64,000 nucleotides of DNA. Source: Mobula birostris. Its lineage: Eukaryota. The position numbers and the translations under genes are program-made. Positions 37,820 through 49,126 of this stretch are shown in pieces. Below the pieces are notes generated by a model. That model made no database searches. It worked only from the letters and a program-made list of their open reading frames with translations, and was not told the origin of the DNA. Each line of letters opens with the position of its first letter. Positions within the stretch are counted from its first letter, which is position 1. Where the stretch lies: contig NC_092372.1 of NCBI RefSeq assembly GCF_030028105.1, positions 200,547,898-200,611,897 on the forward strand. Reading direction: 5' to 3'.

Positions 37820-38375
37820 TCTCTATTGACCCTGACCATTTTTTATAGATGCACTATTGAAAGAATTCTATCCAGATGCATTACACCCAAGTAGGTAATG
37901 TAACTGCTGTGTCCATGACCGCAAGGAATTGCAAGGATTTCAGTCCATCATGAAAACCAGTTTTCCCTCCATGGTCTCTGTCTACATTTCTCATTGCCTC
38001 AAGAAAGCAGACCGCATAATCAAAGTTGCCTCTTGACCCATAACATTCACTCGTCTCCCCCCTTCCAATGGGCAGAAAATTTAAAGAAAAACTTAAAAGC
38101 ATTCACCACTGGGCTCAAGGACAGCTTCTATTCTGGTTTTATGAGACTGTATGTTAAAGATAAATTCTTGTCCTCATAATTTATGTCATGCTCATTTGCA
38201 TCTCATTGTCTACTTGCGCTGCATTGTCTCTCTAAATGGATTCTGCATTCTATTATTACTTTTCCCTTCTACTCCCTAAAAGTACTTGTGCTGGGAAATG
38301 ATCTGTTTGAATGGCATGCAAAACAATTTTCTCACTGTATCTCGGTACATGTGACAATAATAAATCAATACCAAT
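37820..38375 (+). mobile_element. Rex-type LINE 3' fragment
   Basis: FYRCTIERILSRCIT; SPLPMGRK; aataaa followed by caatac tail. Confidence 0.75.
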
Positions 38376-39084
38376 ACACTATGAAAACGTCAGTGGGATT
38401 AGAATGAGTCAGCAGAAATTTAAGAAAGGGAAATTGCGTTCGACAAAGCTACAGGATTTTTTTTTTCAGTATGTAATTGTTACAATAAATAATGGGTAAC
38501 CCAGTGCAGGTAGCCTTTGATAAAGTCCCACAATTTTCAAAATTAACAAAGTCATGATTGGCATGAACTAAAAATTTATTGACAGGAAATAAAAAAACAG
38601 AAACAAATAGGGTGGCAAGCAGCGACTACAAGGTTACTACAGGGATTGTGCTTGGGACCCAGCTAATCACAGTTTGTCTCAATGTTTTGGATAATGAATC
38701 CAAATGGAACATATGTAAGTTAGCCAATCATATTAAAATGTGTATTGTGTTTTGAGGAGGATGCAAAGTTTCTTGAAGATTATTTAGATGTTTGAGTTGG
38801 TGAATATGTGGCAGGTGCAGGTCAGCATGCAGGTGACAGGCCAAATGGCCTGTTTTCATGCCATTTGATTCTGTGATTATATGACTCCATGCTCCTACCC
38901 ACTATTTATGTATCAAGAGCAACTCAACTACGTGCACCCTGGAGAGGAGCCACACATCAAGAGAGTCCACATCTTCAAGAAAGAATTCACCATGTAATGG
39001 AACTTGCTGGGAGGGTGTCAGTAGGGCAAGAGACACTGTCCTAAACTCTCCATTTATCTTTTTCTTATTCTTTTCAATGCACAG

Positions 39085-39137
39085 TTCCCAGATACCGAAA
39101 GAAATTGCGTGGAATTCAAGCAAGTTGCCGAATACAT
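39085..39137 (+). CDS. Candidate 53-nt internal exon of an unidentified host gene
   Basis: Long polypyrimidine tract and cacag acceptor ending at 39084; GTAAGT donor at 39138; no stop in any frame (FPDTERNCVEFKQVAEY / SQIPKEIAWNSSKLPNT / PRYRKKLRGIQASCRIH); 3 CpGs retained; non-repeat context. Coding status and frame unknown. Confidence 0.5.
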
Positions 39138-41961
39138 GTAAGTTCAGTGGGCTCGACCGTGCATGCTCTCAGAATTATCGTTGCAGCTATTCTTTCCTTT
39201 AGTGTCCTTGAGGTTTGAATCAAACTCCGGACTTCTCTGACAGGGCTGTTCTGTAAAGCAATTCACTCCACAAGTTGCAACCATAATTCACAACTAAATT
39301 GAAGGCACACTTTAGCAGTTTTTAAAGGGTAATGTTATATAAGGCAAAGTAAAACAAATATTGTACCTGCACTTACCTTTCAGATTAGTGCTGACATTGG
39401 AATGAACAGGGCCTTGCTAAATGGGGCAGTAATGGTTGGCATCAAGCTGAGGACCCTGATACACAGTGGCCACACTGCTCAATACATCTGAATTTTATCT
39501 TGGCACTGAAGCCAGCTGCAGGAGGCCAGCTGTCCAAGGCCTGGACCTCCAGGACATTCCTAACTTCTGCGGTGTAGGAAACATATGCATTCACCCATTA
39601 AGGCCACCAGCTCCCTGGTCTTGCTGACATTAAGAAAGATGTTGTTGTGACATCACCCAGCTAGATGTTCAATCTCCCTCCTATCTGCTGATTTGTTACC
39701 ACCTTTGATTTAGTCTACAGCAGATGGTGTCATCAGCAAATTTGAATATAGCAATGAAGCTGTGCTCAGTCACGCAGTCATGAGTGTAGAGCAAGTGGAG
39801 CAGGGTTCTAAGCACACAGCTTTGTGGGTGGACCATTGCTAGAGGAGATTGCGGAGGAGATGTTTTAGCCAATCTGAAGTGATTGGGGTCTGCAAGTGAG
39901 GAAATCGAGGATCTAATTGCAGAGGGAGGTATTAAGGCCTAGGTCTTGAAGCTTATTGATTAGTTTTGAGGAGTTGATGACATTGAATGCTGAGCTGTGC
40001 TTGATAAAGAGCATCCTGATGTATGTATCTTTACTGTTCAGGGTTTGTTCCAGGGTTGAGGAAAGAGCCAATGAGATGGCATCCACTGTGGCCTTGTTGC
40101 ACCAGTAGGCAAATTGCAGTGGACTCAAGTCATTTCTCAGGCAGGAGTTGATATGTTTCACCATCAACCCCTCAAAACATTTCATAGATAGAGGTAGATA
40201 GATACTTTATTGATCCCAAAGGAAATTAGTGTCACAGTAGCATTGCAAGTGCACAGATATACAAGTATACAAATATTAGATGAGAAGTAAGAAAGAATAA
40301 AAAAAAATAAGTCACCTGAAACAGTCTAACAGGAGGGTGCTATATTGACTCATTATAGAGCCTAATGGCTGACGGTAAGAATAACCTCATATAGCGCTCT
40401 CTGGAGCCATTTGTTTGTTTTAGTCTATCACTAAAAGTGCTCCTCTGTTCAGCCAAGGTGGCATGCAGAGGGTGAGAAACATTGTCCAGAATTGCCAGGA
40501 TTTTCCATAGGGTCCTTTGTTCTGCCACAGCCTCCAGTGTGTCCAGTTTGACTCCTATAACAGAGCCAGACTTACCAATCAGTTTATTGAGCCTGTTGGC
40601 ATCATCTGTGTTGATGCTATTGCCCCAGCACACCACAGCATAGAAGATTGTACTGGCGACAACAGACTGGTAGAACATGTGAAGGAGAGGCCTGAAACTC
40701 CAAAAGCACCTCAGTCTCCTCAGGAAGTAGAGATAACTCTAGCCCTTCTGAAATGCAGTCTCTGTGTTGGTGTCTTACCAAGTCTATCATCCAGGTGCAC
40801 CCCCAGGTGCTTATAGGTCCTCACCACATCCACATCCTCACCATCAATAGTAACTGGGGGCAGTACAGGCTTGGTCTTCCTAAAGTCCGTTATCATCTCA
40901 TCTGTCTTACTGATGTTGAGCTGTAGATGATTCAGCTTGCACCATTTGACAAAGTCCTCCACCAGGGTCCTGTATTCATTCTCCTGTCCTCCCTTCATAC
41001 ACCCAACTATTGCTAAGTCATCAGAGAATTTCTGCAGATGACATGACTCAGTGTTGTATCTAAAGTTCGAAGTATACAGGGTAAACAGGAAGGGAGTCGA
41101 TACAGTCTCCTATGGGGCCCCAGTGCTGCTGAAAGCCATGTCTGACGCATAGATCTGAAACCGCACAAACTGTGGTCTGCCACTCAGGTAGTCCATTATC
41201 CAGGATACAATGGAAGTGCCAATCTGCATTGAACAGAACTTTTACCCTAACAATGAGGACTGTATGATATTGAAGGCACTTAAGAAATCAAAAACATGAT
41301 CCTCACAGTGCTGCCCTGGTGATCCATATGGGAGTAGGACTGTTCAGCAGGTGGATGACAGCATCATCAGCTCCAATGTACTCCTGGCAGGCAAACTGCA
41401 GGGGATCAAAAGCTTATCTGACCAGGGTCTTCATGATGTGTGAGGTCAGGGCCATGGGACGGTAGTCATTTAAGACTTTCGGTTGGCCCTTATTGGATAC
41501 TGGGATCTCACATGATGCTTTCCACACAGTTGGACCCCTTTCCAGGCTGAGACTCAGACTGAAAGTGCGCTGGAGATCCCCACACAGCTGCTCAGCACAC
41601 TCCTTCAGGACCTTGGGGTTCACACCATCTGGTCCCAATGATATGCCATTTCTGAGTTTCCCCAGAGCCCTTGTCACCTGCTCAGTTGCGAAGGTGAGTC
41701 CATGATGACTGGGGAGTTGGTGGAAGGTGGGGACTGAGGAAGGTGATAACAGTTGGTATGTGAGGTGTGGATGTAGGTGTAAGTCAAGGAGGGGGATGTA
41801 GTTGGTGGTAGCCCGTGTTGTTCATCCACGTTTTGAACTGGAGGGAGGAAGAGAAGGAGGGGAGGCATTGGTGCTGAGGAAGCATTGAGTGCCTCAGCAC
41901 CTGGACTGATGTGCTGATGGGTGTGTTAACAAGGAGGACAATTATCAAACATATTGAAGAA

Positions 41962-42315
41962 ACACACATAAAAATTGCTGGTGAACGCAGCAGACCAGGT
42001 AGCATCTCTAGGAAGAGGTACAGTCGATGTTTCAGGCTGAGACCCTTCGTCAGGACTAACTGAAAGAAGAGCTAGTAAGAGATTTGAAAGTGAGGGGGGA
42101 GGGGAGATCTGAAATGATAGGAGAAGACGGGGGGGTGGTGGAGGGATGGAGCTAAGAGCTGGAAAGTTGATTGGCAAAAGGGATATGAGAGGATCATGGG
42201 ACGGGAGGCCTAGGGAGAAAGAAAGGGGGAGGGGGGAAGCCAGAGGATGGTCAAGGAGTATAGTGAGAGGGGCAGAGGGAGTAAAAGGAGAGAGAGGAAA
42301 AAAAGAGAGAAAAAC
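41962..42315 (-). mobile_element. PLE-derived 3' fragment with hammerhead motif, nested in Rex
   Basis: Closely similar to 3355-3700; imperfect TSD attgaagaa / attggagaa (41953-41961, 42316-42324). Confidence 0.85.
42022..42057 (-). ncRNA. Minimal type I hammerhead ribozyme motif, catalytic core intact
   Basis: AGUC CUGACGA A GGGU CUCA GCCU GAAA CAUC GACU: CUGANGA, GAAA and an NUH triplet (AUC), with stems I and II. Confidence 0.75.
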
Positions 42316-42883
42316 ATTGGAGAATTGGTTTAAGTCATTAGCCTATTCAAAGCTGCATTCCAAGGTTCTACAACTAGGCTGGTTGAAGTCATTGATGTTC
42401 TTCATGCTTCTCCACTCTTCCTAAATACTACTCTGCCAAGACTTGTTCTCCTGCTCTCTCCTGTATTCCTCTTTAGCCACCTTGATCTTATCATTTAGCA
42501 CCCCCTGCACATGTTTCAGTTCCTCCCTGTCCCCTGTTCTAAAGGCCTTTTTTGTGTCAGAGAAGATCCTTTAGATCTCTGGTGACCCATGGTTTGTTGT
42601 TAGGGAAGCAGCGAACAGTCCTTGATAGTATTATGGTGTCCATACAGCTGTTGACGTAGCCAGTGATGCAATCAATAAGTCCGTTAATGTCCTCACCCAT
42701 ATGGTTCACAAAGCACACTCCAGTCAGTAACATCAAAGCAAGCCTTGATGGCCTCTGGAGATCATTTCTTTACTATCTTGGTGATAGCTAGCTGTTGCTG
42801 TACTTTGGGTATGCCTACTTGAAGCTGATAGGTGACTCTGGCTGCCGAAGTGAGAGGTTGAAGATATCGGTGAACCTTCCAGT

Positions 42884-43168
42884 CAGTTGATCAGATTAAG
42901 ACTTTAGTACACAACCAGGTAGTTCATCTGGGGTGGATACTCTCTCTATGGGTTCACCCACCCTGAAAGATGCTCTTCAGCCAGTAGATCAGCACACATC
43001 TTTAGTACTTGGCCAGATTACCACATCTGGGCCGGATTCTCTCCTTGGGTTCACCCCTGTGAAGGATGCTCTCCAGACAGTAGGTCAGCACAGGTCTTTA
43101 GTACTTGGCCTGGTACCCCATCTGGGCTGGATACTCTTTGTGGGTTCACCCCCTTGAAAGATGCTCTC
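42884..43168. repeat. Three diverged tandem copies of a 96-98 bp unit inside a Rex element
   Basis: tttagtac recurs at 42903, 43001 and 43097; tgggttcaccc and gatgctct also recur three times. Confidence 0.85.
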
Positions 43169-44576
43169 ATATGGGCCTTAGAGATTGAAATCACAGGGTC
43201 ATCGGGGGCTGTGGGGGTTCATGAAGGTTTCTCCATGTTTTTACAGTCAAAACAAGCATAGAAAGCACTGAGCTCATCTCGGAGCAAAGCCTTGTTGTCA
43301 CCTATGTCGCTTGGTTTCACTTTAAAAGCATTCAAGCCCTGCCGCAGCTCTCAAGCATCCTCAGAGATTTAAATTTAATCCTAAATTGCCATTTTGCATG
43401 TGAAGTGGCTTTTCAGAGATCGTGCCTAGACCTCTTGTATCTTACTTGGTCACCAGACTTGGATGCCACTGATCTGTCCTTCAGTAAATTGCGGATCTCA
43501 TGGTTCATCCAGGGTTTCTGGTTAGGGAAGACTCTTAATAATTTTGTGTGCTACACTTATATATGACCGTTTTTATAAATCTTAGAGAATCTGAATGAAT
43601 AAACCACAGTTGTCAGAGTCCTTGAACACAGCTCAGTCCACCAACACATAGCAATTCCATAACTGCCCTTCTGCCTGCCGTGACCACCTCTTTGTTGTCC
43701 TTATCTCTGGAGACTTGCTCTTTAGCCTCTGCCTATAGGAGGACAGCCAAGTGATCAGATTCCTAAAATGCAGTCTAGGCATGGAACAGCAGGCATTCCT
43801 TATTGTAGTATAGCAGTAGTCAAGTGAGTTGGGACCCTTGGTGTTGCAGGTTACATGCTGAAGCATATTAGGCAGATATTTCTTCAAACAACCCCTCCCT
43901 TATCACTGCTTCTTCATCAGCCTACTCTCTCCCTCATTATTGACCCTCCATTAATCAACACGCTCCCTGATCACTTCATCAGCCTGGCCCCTCCCTCATC
44001 ACTGCCCCTCATGACTCTACACTGCACTACTGCCTGCCCCAAGAGATGGCCAGGTAACAAAATGCTGAATAACAGAGTTTTTACTAAATATAGGACCAAT
44101 GATTCCAGCAAAAACAAGTGACAATTTCAGAAGGTACTGTCAAACCTGCAAGAAAGCTGAGAACAACGTAACCAAAATTCTCGCGATGCTAGATGCTGTT
44201 TTCCGCCATTGATCCTATCCTCTTAAACCTCACCCCAATAACAAAATAGCGAAATATCATCCCCTCCCTGCTCACCACCCTTCCACTAATCGATCCAGGC
44301 CCTTATTGCCTTTACTCATCACTTCCAGGTCTTCTGTCCTAACTAAAGCATTGCCAACTCCACGCCCCCCACCTCCCAAAACCAGGGAACTGACCTGCTC
44401 CTCTTGTCCTGACCCACCTCAACCCCTGTCTAATTCTCTCTCCAAGCCCACAGATATTTTGATCTCCCAACCCCAAATCTGCATGAATTACTCCTTTTGC
44501 TGTTCATTTACAAAATCCCATGGATATGAAAATACGATGGATTCCAAAGCTGTGGAGCCAAAAGACAAATTGAAAG

Positions 44577-45168
44577 TGTAATCTTCAGGCTTGGCCAGCA
44601 CGTGTTCATCTAGGGGATGACAGCTTCTGGCCCCACCAAACTGAGAAATTACGTTTGTGTGGCTGCTGCATGATGTGTTGCCTGGTTACAAATCTGTACC
44701 TCAAAATACCAGACAATACACCATATGCAATTAAATGATTGAACTTTATTAATCTTAATCTTAATATAGGATTAGTAAAGAAAATAAAAAGAAAAAGGGC
44801 CTATTTTAAGGAAAAAGTCAAAAGTGCACATTGGAGTTCACTAATACGGCCATTCATCAACCATCGACCTCCTCCAAGTGTCACCAACCTTCAGACCCTC
44901 ACTCCTAGTCCACTCCATCTGGTGGTCTACTAGCTCTTTCCACACGCGTCTTCCTTCTTCCTCTCTCGCCAACAGAATTCTGCGAAAATCTCTCTTCCAG
45001 ATCCACAAGAAAGAACAACATTTCTCTCATTGGATAGCCCTGCATTCCAAAGCCCCGTGATCTTTCGTCCTAACCCAAACATTGCTGCTACAGAGAAACC
45101 ATTACCTTAGCAGTGAAACATTACAGAGAGGCCATTACATTAGCAGCAAAACCTTACAGTATGTTACA
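44577..45168 (-). mobile_element. Solo LTR (592 bp)
   Basis: Termini TGTAA...TTACA; 4-bp TSD aaag (44573-44576, 45169-45172); minus-strand CCAAT (about 45029) and AATAAA (about 44745-44750). Confidence 0.85.
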
Positions 45169-45234
45169 AAAGCAATGCTCATAAGATGGTGGTGTACCTG
45201 ATGATTTATCTGAAAGGCTTTTAAGAGTTTTAAG

Positions 45235-46461
45235 CCCATAAGATATAGGAGCAGAATTTGGCCCATTTATTCTGCTCTACCATTTCATCACGGCTGATCC
45301 AATTTTCATCTCAGCTCCAATTTCCTGTCATCTCCCCATATCCCTTTATGCCCTGAGCAAGCAGGAATCTGCCAATCTTTGCCTTGAATATACATAAATA
45401 CTTGACCTCCACAGCTGCCTGTGGCAAAGAATTCCACAGATTCACCACCTCTGGCTAAAGAAATTTCTCCTCATCTCTGTTCTAAAAGGGCACCCCTCTA
45501 TTCTGAGGCCGTGCTCTCTGATCTTAGACTCTCCCACCATACGAAATATCGTTTCCACATCCACTCTATCAAGACCTTTCACCATTCAATAGGTTTCAAT
45601 GAGGTCACCCATTATTCTTCTGAATTCTAGTGAATACTGGCCCGGAGCCATCAAACACTCCATATGACAAGTCATTCAATCCTGGAATCATCATTTTCGT
45701 GAACCTCCTTTGTACCCTCTCCAGAGTCAGCACATCCTTTTAAGATAAGGGGCCCAAACCTGCTCACAATACTCCTTGCTTTTCTATGCTAGTTCTCTTG
45801 AAATGAATGCTAACATTGCATTTGCATTCCTCACCACAGACTCAACCTGCAAATTAACCTTTAGGGAATCCTGCACAAGGACTCCCAAGTTCCTTTGCTG
45901 CTCCATTTTTTGTATTTTTTCTCTATTTAGTAAAGGGTTAACCCTTTCATTTTCTCTACTGAAGTGCATGACTATACACTTCCCAACACTATATTCCATC
46001 TGCCATTTCTTTGCTCATTCTCCTAATCTGTCTGTCCTTCTGTAGCCTCTCTACTTCCTCAAAACTACCTGCACCTCCAGCTATCTTCATATCGTCTGCA
46101 AACTTTGCAACAAAGCCTTCATTTTCATCATCCATATCGTTGGCATGTAATATAAAAAGAATCTGTCCCACCACAGACACCTTTGGAATATCACTAGTCA
46201 CTGGCAACCAGCCAGAAAAGGTTCCCTTTATTCCCACTCTGCCTCCTGCCAACCAGCCACTGCTTTACCAATGCTAGAATCTTTCCTGTAATGCCATTGG
46301 CTCATGGCTTATTAAGCAGCCTCATGTGTGGCACCTTGTCAGAGATCTTCTAAAAATTCAAGTACACGACATCACGCAATTCTCCTTTGTCTATCCTGCT
46401 TGTTATTTCTTCAAAGAATTCCAACGGTTTTGTCAGGCAAGATATTCACCTGAGGAAACCA
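45235..46461 (-). mobile_element. CR1 3' portion (RT to tail)
   Basis: ORF 45989-46252 (FVAKFADDMKI) and 45784-45999; cataagatatagg tail. Confidence 0.9.
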
Positions 46462-48566
46462 TATACTTGTAGAAAGCCTTAGGGTTTTCCTTAATCCTGC
46501 TTGCCAAGGCCTTCTCATGATTCCTTCTCGCTCTGCTAATTTCATTCTTAAGATCCTTATGCTAGCCTTATAATTTTCTACATCTCGATCATTACCTAGT
46601 TTTTTGAACCTTTTGTAAGCTTTACTTCTTGACTAAATTTTCACCAGCCTTTGTACACCATGGTTCCTGTACCCTACCATCCTTTCCCTGTCTCATTGGA
46701 ACGTACCTATGCAGAACACCACGCAAATATCCCTGAACATTTGCCACATTTCTGCTGTACATTTCCCTGAGAACATCTGTTTCCTATTTATGCTTCCAAG
46801 TTCCTGCCTGATAGCTTCAGATTTCCCCTTACTCCAATTAAACGTTTTCCTGACTTGTCTACGCCTATCCCTCTCCAATGCTATGGTGAATGTGATCATT
46901 ATTTCCAAAATCCTCTCCCGCTGAGAGACCTGACATCTAACCAGGTTTATTTCCCAATACCAGATCAAGTACTGTCTCTCCTCTTGTGTCAGGAAACCTT
47001 TCTAAACACACCTAACAAACTCCACCCCATCTAAGCCTCTTGTTCTAGGGGGGTGCCAATCAATATTGGAGAAATTAAAATCTCTGACCATGACAACCCT
47101 GCTCCAGAATCTCTCTCCCTATCTGCTCCTCGATGTCCCTGTTACTATTGGGTGGCCTGAAAAAACAACCCAGTAGAGTTATTGACCCCTTCCTGTTTCT
47201 AACTTCTACCCACAGAGACATAGTAAACAATCCCTCCATGACTTCCTCCTTTTCTGCAGCTGTGACACTATCTCTGATCAACAGTGCCACACCCCCACCT
47301 CTTTTGCTTCCATTCCTGTCCTTTCTGAAACATCTAAAGCCTGGCATTCTAAGTAGCCATTTCTGCCCCTGAGCCATCCAAGTCTCTGTAATGGCCACAA
47401 CATCATAGCTCCAAGTACCGACCCTCTAAGCTCATCCACTTTGTTCACGATGCCCCTTGCACATCTCAAACCATCGGTCTGAGCGCATCCCTTCTGTATC
47501 ACCTGCCTGTCCTCCCTCTCACACTGCCTACCTTTCACTATTTGTGAGCCAATCGCCCCTTCCTCTGTCTCTTTAGCTTGGTTCCCACCCCCTATCCATT
47601 CTAATTTAAACTCTCCCCAATGGCCTTAGCAAACCTCCCTGCCGGGATATTGGTCCACCTCGGATTCAAGTACAACCCATCCTTTTTGTACAGGTCACGC
47701 CTGCCCCAAAGTAGGTCCCAATGATCCAGAAATCTGAATCCCTGCCCCCATTCCAATCCCTCAGCCATGTATTTAGCCTCCACCTCACTCTATTCCTAAA
47801 TTCACCGTTGCGTGGCACAGGCAGCAATCCCGAGATTACTACCCCTTGTGGTTCTGCTTCTCAGCTTCTTTCCTAACTCCCTGTAGTCTGTTTTCAGGAC
47901 CTCCTCCCTTTTCCTACCTATATTGTTGGTACCAATATGTACCACGACCTCCAGCTGTTCACCTTCCTGCTTCAGGATATCGTGGACACGATCAGAAACA
48001 TCCTGGACTCTGGCACCTGGGAGGCAAACTACCATCCATGTTTCTTTCTTGTGTCCACAGAATCGTCTGGCTGACCCACTAACTATAGAGTCCTTTATCA
48101 CTGTTGCCATCCTCTTCCTTTCCCTACACTTCTGAGCCACAGGCTCTGTGCCAGATACGCATCCACTTCTGCTTCCCCCAGGTAGGTTGTGTTCCCCGCC
48201 CCCTCCCCCCATCAGTACTCTAACAGGAGTACTTATTGATAAAGGGGACAGTCGCAGGTATACTCTCTAGTATCGGACCCTTCCCTCTCCTGACTGTTAC
48301 CTACTTATCTGTCTCATGAGGCCCCGGTGTGATTACTTGCCTATAGCTCCTCTCTATCACCTCCTCACTTTCCCTGACCAGATGAAGGTCATCGAGCTGC
48401 ATCTCCAGTTCCCTAACTTAATCCCTAAGGAGCTGCAGCTCGATGCGCCTGGCACGTAAGTGGCCATCTGGGAGGCTGGAAGTCTCTCAGACATCCCACA
48501 TCCGACGCCTTGAACAGAACACTGGCTTCACAGACACACTTCCTATTCCTATTCTTCACAAGTAAC

Positions 48567-49126
48567 TTGTTTGTTTGTCCATCATTGATGTCGATGAGGA
48601 CCTCGACACCAATATGGTATCGAGACTAGCGCGTGATTTGGATTTAAGTGAGGGAGAGTTGCGCAGCGTCAGCCTCACTCTCTCTTCCCAATTCCCATCT
48701 TGATCCAGTGGCAAGACAGAGTCTAGACGGCTGGAGATGGGACTAGGCGCAGTGGATGACCAGGACGTCTTCTATGTCTTGTCCTGCTCTACACGTTCCA
48801 CGACACTTGCAGAGACTGCCTTCTTGACCGTTGGACCTTCCATTGGTCTCATCTGCTCAATCCGCCGGAGTCTGTCTTCACATGTTGGGATAGACAACTC
48901 CCTATCTCACCGAGGGTTTGAGACCCATCGGCTACCCTCACCTGGTTTAGCCGGCTTGTCGAAGCCATTGCCTGGGGTGTGGCCTCTGTCGCATGCAAAC
49001 AGCTACGGGGAGCCACAGGTGAGAGCAGAGTGCCAGGTGGGGACCAAAGGTGGACTAACCGCCCTGAAAAGGACGCGACATGTTTCCCCACCAGAGGTGC
49101 TACCCCTCCCTGACACCCCCTACACC
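48567..49126 (-). mobile_element. Young non-autonomous retroelement (probably RTE- or Vingi-derived) inserted in CR1
   Basis: CpG-rich, non-coding, about 560 bp; (caaa)n 3' tail; highly structured 5' end; interrupts CR1 5' sequence; related copy at 14015-14300. Confidence 0.7.
48932..49120 (-). ncRNA. Candidate HDV-like ribozyme with structured J1/2 and a hairpin inserted in L3
   Basis: P1 GGGGUGU/ACACCCC; P2 CUGCUCUCACCUG/CAGGUGAGGGUAG; P3 GGC/GCC; L3 UCCCCGU; P1.1 CC/GG; P4 GGCUU-CGAC-AAGCC; J4/2 GGCUAAAC; all in canonical order. Confidence 0.65.

Larger units (their letters stand above)
40185..42812 (-). mobile_element. Rex-type LINE with (taga)n tail
   Basis: ORFs 40340-40678, 40720-40998 and 41414-41677 (GPDGVNPKVLKECAEQLC...LNDYRPMALTSHIMKTL). 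Confidence 0.88.
39520..43890 (-). mobile_element. Older Rex-type LINE (RT 39520-40184; endonuclease/linker 42812-43890), split by a younger Rex
   Basis: ORF 39913-40185 (MKCFEGL...PLQFAY...SSAFNVI) and 43633-43887 (HVTCNTKGPNSLDYCYTTI). Confidence 0.8.

Noticed and set aside
39377-39488. Minus-strand exon candidate ending at a GTAAGT donor
   Set aside because: Stops in all frames and no polypyrimidine tract.
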